From contig OZ218954.1 in assembly GCA_965112735.1 (NCBI GenBank), positions 2,356,001-2,420,000 on the forward strand: 64,000 nt of DNA, given 5' to 3'. The notes beneath the pieces were generated by a model that worked only from the letters and a program-made list of their open reading frames with translations, made no database searches and was not told the DNA's origin. This document shows positions 50,725 through 64,000 of the stretch, in pieces; position 1 is the stretch's first letter, and each line of letters begins with the position of its first letter. Source of the DNA: Phaeosaccion multiseriatum (lineage: Eukaryota; Protista; Ochrophyta, other classes). The position numbers were made by a program, and so were the translations under genes.

Positions 50725-51566
50725 TTAGCTAAGGGAGCAGTTGAAGAGGCAGTCTCCTTTCTCCGCCTGTCTCGCCTTTCGCTGCTGCATCTCGATCTCC
50801 TCAAGGTACTTTCTCCGTTCCTTTGGGCACACACAAGCGGGAAGAGTGGAGACAGCACGCATTAGTGCTATACTTTTCAAGTGTATGCTTTTCAACACGA
50901 GGACGGAACCTTTTGATACCTCACCTCCGGCGACATATTTTTCAATCTCCTAGTGTGCTCAAAGTCTGCCAAGGCGTTGTGCTGGCGCGCTGCAGTCGCA
51001 TCAGCTTCTTCCGCTGCTTTCTTCGCCTCCGCTTCCTCCTGTCATAAATGTAATATTATAACGGCGGAAGAGCAGTGGTAAGGCAAAGAGAAATAATGAC
51101 AAAGGGGGGCAAAGGCTGTTCCAATCGAGCTCCTCATTACAGCAAAGCTGTGGCTCTGTATGCTTACCTCCTGTCGCCGCTGCTCCTCCTTCTCCGTCAG
51201 CATCACTTTTACGGACTCTTGCCTGGCAAACGCAACTCTCTCCCTCTCCCTCTCCTCTCTCTCTTTCTCTTCCTTTTGAAGTCGAGCCCTCTCTGCTTGC
51301 TCCTTCTCAAACTTGGCCATCCTCAATCTCTGTTTCTCGAGCTGCATCTGCCGCGCCTCTTCCTCAGCCTTCGCTGCGGCCTCTGCCTCCTCCAAAAGCT
51401 TTTTCTCCCTCTCCGCCATTTTTTGAGCTGAAATTTGGGCCTTCTTGTAAGCGATCCGCTCATTCGCTTCCATCTCCCGCTCCTTCGCCAGCGCCTCCTG
51501 CCTGAGCCGGTCTTCCTTTTGTTTCTCGAAGGCGGCCAGGCCCTCCGCCCGTACAGAGTCAGCCAT
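50725..51566 (-). CDS. E/R/K-rich helical (coiled-coil/SAH) protein with C-terminal CaaX
   Basis: ORF 51566 to about 51168, spliced via GT-AG to EEAEAKKAAEE...MSPE and ERRKYLEEIEMQQRKARQAEKGDCLFNCSLS*. Confidence 0.7.
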
Positions 51567-51710
51567 GGCCGCAGCTTACTTGTGCGGGCGAGCGAGCGAC
51601 GAGCGACGTATCCAAGCACCCCGAATTTTCCCCAAATGGCGGCCCGTACTTCCAACTCGCATCCTTCCCGTTTTTTGTTAGTTTTTGCCTTCCTTTCAAG
51701 GTTCTTCTTG

Positions 51711-52786
51711 ATGACTGCTGTCCCTTGCCCCATTTGTGGAGGCAAGCCTTCATGTCCACTGCAGGCCCGCTGGGATGACGACGATTCGGTGCACTATCTC
51801 TTCAGGTGAGTTCAAAGGGTCCCGTTCCCCACCCCCTTCGACATCACCCTTCCGCTCCGCCTCTCACCTTTCTCCCTCCCCTTTCTTTGGTCCAGCGAGG
51901 GCTGCTCTCATGACGAGGTGGACAAGAAGGATTTTTGGCAAAGTGCTATTGCGCATCGATGCGGCGCTCGCGCATCCTTGTGCTTTACGAAGCGGAGCTT
52001 AACGCAGAGCCTGCAGAGGAGAGGCACGACGCCTTTGCTGGGCTCGGTGCTGGAAATCCTTGTGCGAGAGGGTGTGCTACTCTTGGTTGGGGATATTCAG
52101 GCGGCAGCAGAGGACAAGACAAAGTCGAGCAAGAGCGGGACTGCCAAGAGGCTATTTAAAGCGGCGGTGGTGTGGCCGACCGTGTTTGCCTGGAGACTCA
52201 TTGTGGGAAGTGATGTTGTAGAAGCGGGCGAGGACGACGTCGAGCAAGACGCCCCCCTGGCCTATCGATCTGTTGTGGAAAGGGTGGGTGCCGTCTTGGT
52301 GGACTACTGTAAGGCGAACGTGCGACCGCACGAGTGCACTTTCCTGCTGTCCCAGCACCACGGCATTGAGAAAAGACAAGAACAAGAACGAGGTACCGGT
52401 CCGAGCACCGGGACTGCGGTAGTGAACCAGTCGCTCCAGGCCATGGCCAAGCGGGCAGCTGATTCGTGTGGTGTGGAATCGCCGGAGACAAGCTGTATCC
52501 TTAGAAGCCTGTCGCCCACGGATGTGGATCTGCTGGTCGCCTATATGGTCCTCGAGGGTCTGGCGGTCAGGGATGGCAACATTGTGAAGATTGTCGTGGG
52601 AGAGAGTGCTGAGGAGACACTACTCACCTCCGCAGATAAGGATGTCCTCTTTCTCCGATGTACAGGTAATGTCAGGCTCTTGCATCTTGTGAATTTGTTT
52701 TCTGGCGAGAGCTCAAAGCAAGTACAGGGCAGAGAAGGTCTTGGCCTCTGCACTAGTCTCTCACGCCCCCCGCTTTTGTCGTCTGA

Positions 52787-52846
<60 letters not shown>

Positions 52847-53719
52847 ATCAGCCGACCAAACGAGGGCAATGTGCAGGAAGCTTGAACAGCAGTCGGGGGC
52901 GGCCAGGGAGGATGCTATGAGGGCCAAAAGGAGCAATCAGACAGGCGTGGCCTTGGCCCACCTTCGACGACACAAGATGTACAGCCGGGCCCTGGAGCAA
53001 CGACTGGGAGGGTTGCACAGTATTGAGGCGGTACTCGGCCAGGTGAGTTGAGTTCGTCTCGTGCAGTCCTCCTTCCTGAGAGTTGGCTGTGCTTCGGTCT
53101 TACTGTGACTGTTCCGAAAGTCTCCTCCCCCCACTTGGAATGTTTCGCCACGTCTTTGCTGAAATGCTTCCTTCTTATGGTGCTGCTGCCGCTGCTCGTA
53201 CCCATCGTACCACCTAAACTTGGTCTTCCACGAACCCCCTTCACTTGCCTGCAGCTTGAGAGCTTGGAACTGAGTAAAGCCATCCTTGGCGCCCAAGAAA
53301 AGTCTGTCAATCTCCTCAAGAGCTTCCGTGAGAAGCATGACTTGAACATCGAGCGCGTTGACGATGCTATCAATGCCCTGTCGGAGGAAATGGAAATCTC
53401 GGAGGGTGTATCAAACGCCATCGCCGGCATGGGAGCTGCCGTCGCAGGTCAGAGCAGTGGTGTGGGGGGCGACGACGACGCAGCGCTGGAGGCAGAACTG
53501 GCGGCCTTGATGCGACAAGAAAGTGACGCTTGCAACTCTGAAGACGGTGTGCAAGAGGACACAGCTGTGCCATTGGCTGTTGTACCAACGGTTTCGGATG
53601 CCCAGGAGATGGAAAGTCTTTCAGCACGCCTGGAGGCGACCGCGGTTCAGGACGACGGAGCAGATTCCGTAGTAGGCGCTCCGACTGCTGCTCGAGTGGC
53701 CATTGCAGCGACGTGGTGA
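51711..53719 (+). CDS. CHMP7: CHMP7-like ESCRT-II/III hybrid protein
   Basis: N-terminal WDDDDSVHYLF / KKDFWQSAI / FTKRSL..RRGTTP winged-helix-like region, plus Snf7 domain AMRAKRSNQTGVALAHLRRHK...LESLELSKAILGA...IERVDDAI...LEAELAAL. Confidence 0.75.
52787..52846 (+). repeat. (CTG)n trinucleotide tract, about 20 units, just upstream of a splice acceptor
   Basis: Directly visible. Confidence 0.95.
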
Positions 53720-54266
53720 CGCTGAGCCCCTCTCCCCCACAGGCTACATACACCAAGCATGTAGTCGGTCCCTACCCTCTAAAGATGCCTTTGACTGCTG
53801 GAGCGAAGGAGCGCACAGAGTTGCGACTAGCGAAAGGGACCGATTTTTATGGTCGCACGGCACTAAGAGAGCGGGAGGGAGAGAGTGCAAGTCAGCGGAG
53901 GTAGAGGGATTGGATTGGACTGGACAGGAAACCTTGGTGAGGTGGAACAAAAACACAAGTGCTTCGGCCGCACAAAAACAAGGAGTTCAGTGACAAATTA
54001 GGCACGCCCCGTCACCGAAGGGTCCATTCTTTCCAGCTGAGAATCGACGCTATTTCGGAGGACGGTGCTTGGGGCTGCTGGGGCCCGAGACGCGGAAGCG
54101 AGCATTCTTTGATTCTTAGTGCGATGTACTCGATCGGACGTGCTACCTGCATCTTCTCCCGTAGCATGCTGCTTGCCCATACGGGTCCGGTAGTTGGTAG
54201 CAAGCCGCTTGATGCCGGCGGTGGCGGGTAGCACACCGCCAGATAGTGTACCCCCGTCCGGCACGG

Positions 54267-55739
<1,473 letters not shown>

Positions 55740-55998
55740 TACTACGAAGTATTACAGAAAGTATGAAGAGGGGAAGAGGGGAAGAAGATGAGTTACAAGT
55801 GTGGAGAAGGGGGAAGAAGGAGAAGAAAAAAAGGGGAGAATATATTAACCTGTGCAATCTATGGTTGTCTAAAAGGGGAGAAGTAAGTGTGTTGGTAGTA
55901 CACGATGGCAGTGGATGCTCGATCCTCACCCAGAACTGTCCGATTCCTGAAGTTGAAAGTGGAAAGCCCTGCCAAGGAGAACAAAGGAGGAGGCGAAT

Positions 55999-57148
55999 AT
56001 GCCTGGCCCAGGAGGGCATGACCCCCGGCCGCACGGTGGGATGGGGGGGATGGGCGGGGGAGGCTTTGGAGGAGGCCGCATGATGGTGCCCACTGCAGGG
56101 AGATTCCAACCAAACCCCAATCCGCTTCAAGTGGCTGGCCAGCAAACACTCGTCGTGACAGTGCACAAGTGCACACAGCTAAAATCTACCCAGCTCCTTG
56201 GCAAACAAGACCCGTATGTGAGGGTAACCCTGTACCGAGGGCAGCAGCGCGTGGCTCAAATCAAGACACAGACCCATACGGTACGAGGAGTGGCTGTTTG
56301 TGTTGACAGGGGGGAGAGGGGGTTGTCTTGTGTTCTTGTGTTTGCTTCAACTTCTTAATATCTTCTCTCTTTCTCTCTCTATCTCTTTCTCTGTCTCTCC
56401 CTTTCTTTCATTCTTTCTTTCCTTCTTTCTCTCTTTCTCTGTCTTTTCTGATCTGTTGTACATCTCAGAATGGAGGAAGGAATCCATCGTTTGAAGACCG
56501 GGGCGCGATCATGAACTTTGTGCTCCCAGATGGGACGTCGCTTGGGGAACTGAGCCTTGTGTTTGACGTCTTCAATGCAAACATGGTGTCAGACGATATG
56601 ATAGGTTCGACCGGCAGAATGCAGCTCGATCCAAGTACCCTTGGAGGACAAGCTGCAGAGTGGAGAGTACAAACTGGCGGGACCATTCAGGTACGAGAGA
56701 GAGAGAGCAAGTTCATGCGATCGGATGCCCCGAGACCAAGGAGCTATTCAAGCGCTGAACTTTTGGCCAGTCTTCAAACCTCTTCCAATCCCCTCTCGTC
56801 TGGGACGCCCATCCTTTCGTGTATTGTGCCTCTACCCTCACAGGTTGATTTCCAGCTCCAAGGGGCGACCAGGCCGCAAGCCCCTCAGGTAGCCTACGGT
56901 GTCCCCTCTCAGCTACAAGGGGCGGTCCCGGCTCAGCCTGTTCCTTCTGAGGCGCTGCTGGGTGCTCAGTATGGTATGCAGCAGCCATACGCACAATCAC
57001 AGTACGTCAGCCCGGAGCAAGTCGACCCCACGCTTCAACCAGTTCATGGGGTGCCGCTCGCTGTTGCCGAGCCGGTGGGCAATGAGCCCCCACCCCCTGG
57101 CTACACACCGCCTGCCGATCCTGCTGCCTTCGGCCTCCCACCCGCAGG

Positions 57149-57179
<31 letters not shown>

Positions 57180-57212
57180 GGCACAAAGTATAGTGCAGCG
57201 AACCCGTTTTGA
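55999..57212 (+). CDS. C2-domain protein with Pro/Gln-rich tail
   Basis: LVVTVHKCTQLKSTQLLGKQDPYVRV...KTQTHT|NGGRNPSF...VFDVFNANMVSDDMIG; tail has PPPGY and ends NPF*. Confidence 0.85.
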
Positions 57213-57283
57213 CTCGACAGGATCGAACAGGAGGGAGGCATGATAAGTATGTAAAGCAGATGTAAAGGTTCAAAGGTTCAGAG

Positions 57284-57506
57284 TCGACCCCTGATACACT
57301 ATCCGCTATCGCCGGCGCAGCCGGCACGCTATCCGCTATCGCCGGCGCCAGCCGGGGGGGGGGGGGTTGTGCTATCCGCCAGCCGGCGCGCTATCCGCTA
57401 TCGGCCGGCGCCAGCCGGCACGCTATCCGCTATCGCCGGCGCCAGCCGGCGCGCTATCCGCTATCGCCGGGGCCCGATAGCGCGCTATCGAGAATGTGGC
57501 GATAGT
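57284..57506 (+). mobile_element. MITE-like element, copy A (right terminus missing), with internal ~31-bp tandem repeats
   Basis: Begins TCGA-CCCCTGA; unit gctatccgctatcgccggcgccagccggc(a/g)c; subterminal hairpin gctatcgagaatgtggcgatag; homologous to 62157-62402 in reverse orientation. Confidence 0.7.
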
Positions 57507-58004
57507 AAAAAGGGGGAGAGAGGAAGCCAAAGCGGTGAAGGAAATTGAAACTTCAACTTCCTTCTCCTTCCCCTTTCCCTTTCCTCACAGCAACTTGCTC
57601 TCCTAATCCAATAACCCATAGGCAATTCCATCCTTCTCCCCCCATACTCCATGTAGACCTCCTCCCCATAGAACGTGTACCATGGAAGGCTGCTACAAGC
57701 ACAGGAGGCTTTATTTGGTGAGCCACACGCATATTCAACGACTGCCCCTCAGTTCGTCTTCCCTACAATCCACCAAGTGCTTGGTCCTTTTGGATCCCCC
57801 GTTCAATGCTTTCGCATGGATCGGGAAATGCTCGACACGTCTTGGTGAGTGAGGGAATATATCGGGAAGGAAATCTTTTGCTGTGTCTTGTAACCGACCT
57901 CCCCATTCCTCGGTCTGGCTCCTCGTCGCTCCTCGTCTCGGTCTCTGGCCTGCGTTTCCGGTCTCCTCTTTGCAGATCGGATTTCGGCAGAGCGGGTTGC
58001 GAAG

Positions 58005-61000
58005 ATGGCAGTGCACAAGGACATGCGGGCGGCAAGCGGTAGTAGCGGCGGCAGCAGTGGAGGCCATCAAGTGATGGTGATCGACGAGAACAGTTGCAAG
58101 AGCTCGGAGCACAGCTCCGAAGTGGTGGCATTCTTAGACCTCATGAAGGCGGCGGACACGGAGGGTAGTGCTGGGGATAGTGGTTGTGGTGATGACGATC
58201 CAGGACACTTGCGGCTCCACAGAGTGCACGTGGACGTTTCGCGAGGCGCGGAGTCCACCAAATGTGAAGCGACAGTGGAGTTGGAGCTGCTGGAAAGCAC
58301 CACTTCTCTACGAGAGAGGTTGGACAGCGCGTCCCTCTCGCAGGCCTTAACTCTCCTGGAGGTCGGAGGGGGCGTGCCCGAGGCCTTCTTGTATATAGGA
58401 TTGGGATCGGATGATGAGCGGGCACACGATGTTGCCATTCAGTTTCTGCGAGAGAGTGGTGGAGGGATGACGAGGGAGAATAGACCGGACGTACTGGTGG
58501 TGCGCCATGGCCAGGAGCCGGTGGTATTTACCGAGCGCTTCGTAACCTCCGGGCCTGCGGGGAACTGGCTCGGCTCTTCGGGGAGGAAGTTCTCGCAGGT
58601 CTCCTCTTTCCGCCGAACAACATCGCAGCGGACGTCTCCTGCTGTGGACGTTGACGACATACTGCAGGATATTGGAGTGGAAGGAAATTGGTTGAAGGAG
58701 GATGGGAACGACAAGAGGAGTCCCACCCAGGAGGCGCTTGAGAGGGATGTGGAGGCACTCTTTTGCGTGGATGAGGCACCACAGAACACGCCTTGGCTGC
58801 AGCTGCACAATGTCGGAGACGACAAGGTGGAGACCATTTCACTGCAAGAAGCCTCGGTATGCGCATCGTGTGAAGAGTCGAGCGTGCGGGTGTGGCGCGT
58901 GGGGCGCGACGAGCGCTATCTGTTGACGGAGGTGCCTGAGGCACGACTCGGAGTCTTTACCTCGGAAGACGCCTACGCCATTTTCTGCAAGTATGCGACT
59001 TCGGCACCAGGGGAAAGGGGTGCCAAGCACGGGGGCGCAGAAGGTGCGAGTAAGGCTATATCTTCGGAGGGGTCCGAGGCGCTGCCGCAAGTCCTCTATC
59101 TTTGGCTGGGCAGGGACACGACAGACGACTTGAAGCTAGCGGCCCGTATGCAGGTCGAGGGACTCGTAGAGGATCTAGGTATTGCAACGGGCGGGAGCAG
59201 CAACACTCGCTTGTTGGAAGTGGAGCAAGGTAAAGAGAGCGCCCTCCTATTGGCCACCTTCATGGCGCAGTCCCCTCCGGCGCCCTTCGTTATTCTCAAC
59301 GGATCGGCGCAGCCACGGGATAAGGCGCGGCAGAAAGGAAGTGCAACCGCTACCGAGGTGCATTTTGACCCGCCTGCACGCGTGCTGGAGCTGAACCAGA
59401 ACGAGGTATTCCCGGATAGCCATGCAGTCATGGCGGCTGAGATTTCGCTGGAGGAGGGAGAGGGGGCCAGGCGCTTCATCCAAGGCTCCGGAAAGAGTTT
59501 CATCATCCTAGAAAATCCCGTGGCCAGTCGGCAAGTGTGCAAGTGTGCCCATGTATGGCATCAGGCAGGGGAGAGTCCAGCCGTGGAGGCCATGGGTATT
59601 GCTCTCTGCCGGGATTTGTCCAAGTTGTTTTTACCGACAGCTGCGATCAACCCTTCGCGCCAAACCCAGAGCAGAATGAAAAGAGACCGGAAGAAGAAGG
59701 TAAGTGGGGGGGGGGGGGATTGGGGGCTTGGGGGAGAGAATTGATGCGTTTGACAAAGGAAGCTGAAGCACCGTTGCTTTGCTCTCCTACGTTGCTCTCC
59801 TGCCGTGCAGAAGGGCATGGGAGATATGCTCATGCGGGGTGTCATTCAGCACATTACACCCCAGTGGATGGCTTCGGATGATCTTTGGCAGTGTTTGGGT
59901 GTCTCCATCACCTCTACACTACAGAAAGGGTGGGACGACGAGGAGATTAAACAAGAGACTGCAACCACCACCGACGATGGTGGGACTGATATCGAGAGGC
60001 GGCCTCCTCGCCTGTTTCTCATTTATCACGAGTCCCAACGGTGTATTGACGAGGCAGGCGCGGGGGGCGCTTTTGGTCAGACCGACCTCACTCAAGAAGG
60101 AGCAGTGTGCTGCTTGGACGGGGGCCGCGACCAGCTCTTCCTCTGGACAGGACTGAACGCCGCTCCGACGGAGCAGCACATGAATCTTGCACGTAAGGCC
60201 GCAGACTCATACTCCTCCAACTTACGGAAGAGGGGCTTGGTCCGCGAAGATGCTCCGCTAACGGTGGAAACAGTCAGAGCGGGGTGTGAGCCCCTCCCCT
60301 TTAAAGTGATCTTTCGTGGATGGAAGGACTTTTCGCTCTGGACGACCCAGTCTTTTGCGACTGCCGTAGCCACCCCAGAACCGTCAAGTCCCCTCCTGTC
60401 ATCCCCGGGTAGCGGTGCGGCGACGGCGACTTGTGGAGCAGCCGGGGGGGGGGTGGCAGAAGGAGATTTACCGCTGTGGCCTGTGGATTCTGAACAAGGC
60501 CCAGCCCCAACCGCCAGTGCCTCAGGGAGGACTTGCATCACCAGGTCACTAGAACCTTTGGCATCCGCTTCTGACTTGCCGGAGCAGGAGCAGCAGACCC
60601 TGCAGGGCATCACCCAGTCGGCTTCAAGCATGTTCTATACTAGTCCATGGCGCTTGTCCCTCGCCCCACAGCCGAAGATCAGGTACGAGTGGCTTGTTTT
60701 TTTTTGTTTTTTTTTTTCTCTCTGTCTTACTGCACTTACTACTTGTGGCAGACAAACTCAACCCACGATAACCCCATACACCCTTCATTTCGCGTCGTCA
60801 GAGCTTCCGTGTCCCCGGGTGCTGGGCCTTGGAGGGACGATGGTCTCAGTACCACAGCCGACAAGGCAGAGGGCGGAGAGCGCTTCCTCGACCTGTCGTC
60901 TGACTCTGGCGATAGTGTGGACAGCTTAGATGCGGATCTGTGCCTAGGCACATTGGACGAAGGAGACGAAGCAGACGCGGACATGCACACTGTTGCTGCT

Positions 61001-62044
61001 GCTGCGGCTGCTGGCGGGACTGCTACACACGAGAGAATGAAGGCAGGGGGGGGCAGGGGAGACGGCGAACATTTCAGGAAGAGTGTGGTCGATCTCGCCC
61101 AGCGGAAGGTGGTGAAGAAGATGAGTCAGGTGAGCGGTAAGACTCAGGGAGGTCCATTGAGTGGCGCCGACTGAATGACCCTTTTCTTAAACATGCCCCT
61201 TCGTCTTTTGCGGCAGACTATGCGTCAGCGCACGCGCAAAGGCGTCAACTTTGCCCCGGCTCGGCCGAGCCTGGCTGCCATACCGCGCGGGCACGTGAGC
61301 ACCCAGTCCAAGCGCTTTGCCAGCTTGGGAAGAAATGACGGGCAAGGACGAGACACTTCCTCAGTGAATACGGAGGACGCACTGAGCGATTCCGCTGAGG
61401 CTGCTAGCGCTCCCAAAACCTCGGGAGGGCCGTCCTCTCCGCCGGAGCAGCGCCCTTTGGAGGAGGGCGACGATTTGGGAGAAGGAGGACGAGGTGCCAA
61501 ATCTATGGACACAGCTTTGAAGGCAGGCTTTGACATCCACGCTGCCGTGCTCTGTGCCAGGCAAGAAGCAGACGGCGCAACTCGCCGAAAGTCGCGTGCC
61601 AGTGTCGCCATGGCGCGAGCCATGAACAGCGCGCTCCTGGCGCAAGCAGTCAATTTGGAGGAGCCGGAGAGCATCCACAGCGAGGACAGCCGGGAGCGGA
61701 TCGCGAGGAGACACACCCAACTCAACCCCGCGGGGCGCGAGAGCGTCTTGGAGCAGCAGCACTCTGGGGACAACCCCGGCGCGCCGAATAGCAAAGCAGA
61801 GGGGGGGAGAAGGCAAATCGAGGGGCTGCCGAACGACGAAAAAGGTCGCGAGCAGCAGACGCGCCCGCTCCCGCTTAGCAGTCAGCCTCTGACGTCGCTG
61901 GTGGAGGAAGAAACTGGTGCCGAGCATGAGCAGCAGCGGCAGCACATTGACGAGGTGGAGCCCTGTCCCATGGGCAAGGAGCAGCCCTTCAGCGGCTGGG
62001 GAGCGTGGGTCCCGACCATTTACAAACACACCACGTGGAGATAA
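58005..62044 (+). CDS. divergent gelsolin/villin-family actin-binding protein with long disordered C-terminus
   Basis: Gelsolin-repeat motifs VRVWRV...GVFTSEDAYAI, LYLWLGRDTT, VEQGKESALL, PPRLF...FGQTDL...CLDGGRDQLFLWTG, VRAGCEPLPFKVIFRGW. Confidence 0.75.
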
Positions 62045-62156
62045 AGTCAACTTCTTTCCATTTTTGAGGCTTTGTACTTACCTCGCACCCAATCACCACT
62101 CCCTCACACTCCTCATGATCCTCACGCACACCCTCGCACGAAACGTGGCCGAAAGT

Positions 62157-62402
62157 TCGACCACTGACGTGCTATCGACCACAGTCTCGATAGCATGATA
62201 GCAGATAGCACGCCCCCAACAACCCCCCCCCCCCCCCAAAGGCCGGCTGACGTTGGCGATAGCAGATAGCACGCCGGCTGACGACGTTGACGACAGCAGA
62301 TAGCACGCCGGCTGACGTTGGCGATAGCAAATAGCTGACGTTGGCGATAGCAAATAGCACGCCGGCTGGCGCCGGCGATGCAGGTAGCACGTCAGGGGTC
62401 GA
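62157..62402 (-). mobile_element. MITE-like element, copy B (complete), about 240 bp, 14-bp TIRs flanked by TCGA
   Basis: Left tcga-CCACTGACGTGCTA, right TAGCACGTCAGGGG-tcga (1 mismatch); internal ~31-bp repeats gatagcagatagcacgccggctgacgttggc. Confidence 0.8.
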
Positions 62403-62420
62403 GAAAAGGGAGAGAAAAAA

Positions 62421-62612
<192 letters not shown>

Positions 62613-62772
62613 CCCGCCCACAAATACAAACTCATTTTTTTCGGACATTCGATAGGTATCTTTTTCTCATCTTCCCGACGACCCTCTTCTTCTGCCGATG
62701 CCTGGTACGTCTATGGCCAAGGACGAGTGAAAGCCTGCCATCTCCTTGCCGTTGTTTGTTTACCCTGACGGT

Positions 62773-64000
62773 ATGAGCCCTTCCGTATCAGCAGCGATAT
62801 ACGACACGCCCCAATGGGCCGACCTCCGCGGCCATGTGGCCGAGGTGAAAGGCACACACCTCAGAGACCTCATGGCCGACGGAGAGCGCTGTGCGGCCTT
62901 GACGGCGAGGCACGGAGACATCCTGCTGGATTACTCCAGGCAGCGAGTCACTGGCGGGACTCTGGTGAGAAAATGAAGGACTGGGAGCGTACAAAACGAG
63001 GTGTGCTCACATGATCGTTGCGTGGTACAGGACAGACTGTTTAGCCTCGCGGAGGCCGCCGGACTGGAGAAGAAGCGTGCCGACATGTTCTCTGGGCAGA
63101 AGATCAACTCCACGGAGAACCGAGCAGTGTTTCACATGGCGCTGAGGGCTCCGAGGGAGGCCACCATGTGTATCGACGGCGAGAACGTCGTCCCTTCCGT
63201 GTACGAGGTGCGCTTGTTTGCTGCGCGCGAATGACGTTCAGTCAGAGGATGCAGCTTCGACTAAACGGTTCCTCTCCTTTCCGACGCCCCCCAGACCCTG
63301 GACAAGATAAGCGACTTCGCCTCTCGCATGAGAAATGGGGAATTCACGGGTGCGACGGGAAAGCCTCTCAAGAACGTCATCTCTGTCGGGATTGGGGGCT
63401 CCTACCTCGGCCCGGAGTTCGTCTATGAGGCGCTCAGGACGGATGAGGAGGTAAGGATCGTGGGAATTGTTTTTCTGAGAGAGGTCGCTTTGTCCTGAAA
63501 CAATTGTGTCTCCCTTTGAAGGCTGCGACTGCCGCCTCAGGCCGTCGCCTGCGATTTTTGGCCAACGTCGATCCCCTCGACGTGGCGAGGGCGACAGAGG
63601 GCCTGGATCCCGAAGAGACGCTGGTGGTGGTTGTGTCCAAGACGTTTACCACCGCGGAGACGATGCTGAATGCTCGTACCCTCAAGAACTGGCTGCAGAC
63701 GAAGCTGGAGGTATGTAAGAGCCCGGAGGGCCGGAGCGAAGGCGGAGTGAGTGAGTGAGTGGGATAGGAGAGCGAGGAAGTTTGTGTGTTTTTTGTCCCT
63801 TACCCCAACTTTGAACCATTGATCGTGCAGGGTATGGCTGCTCCCGAGACCATTTCCAGGCACCACATTGTGGCGGTATCGACCAGCATAGAAAAGTGCC
63901 AGGCCTTTGGGGTGGACGCAAGCAATATATTCGGGTTCTGGGACTGGGTGGGAGGGCGCTATTCCGTCTGCTCCGCCGTCGGTGTGTTCCCTCTGGCCCT
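62773..64000 (+). CDS. GPI: glucose-6-phosphate isomerase, 5' part (truncated by window end)
   Basis: [80 protein letters not shown]. Confidence 0.97.

Overview
Eukaryotic nuclear DNA, GC-rich, gene-dense and intron-rich. Introns are mostly short GT-AG, often filled with microsatellites. Several proteins carry signal peptide + ASAFAP-like bipartite leaders, so the source is most likely a photosynthetic stramenopile (ochrophyte) alga; this is an inference. About 22 protein genes can be assembled by hand from the ORF fragments, so exon boundaries and starts are approximate. Recognisable genes: ArgJ, cyclin T/K-like, two-domain glyoxalase I, NSUN2/Trm4-like methyltransferase, importin beta, succinyl-CoA synthetase alpha, TPR-DnaJ, FEX fluoride exporter, CHMP7-like, agmatine deiminase, gelsolin/villin-like and a partial glucose-6-phosphate isomerase. 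Less typical genes: a six-repeat type-I surface protein, an AP2+PHD factor, a tandem double ATP-grasp ligase, a secreted Cys-rich protein, a degenerate sulfotransferase, a 1.1 kaa EF-hand-like orphan, an E/R/K helical CaaX protein and a C2 protein. Most notable: (i) a single-chain, two-module NikS/DdaF/BacD-like ATP-grasp peptide ligase whose catalytic cores are almost identical in DNA while the flanking parts are diverged; (ii) a MITE-like family bounded by TCGA, present in two copies flanking the gelsolin gene; (iii) a CTAG-rich, possibly Helitron-like island; (iv) pervasive tight head-to-head gene pairs. No rRNA, tRNA or CRISPR array was seen.
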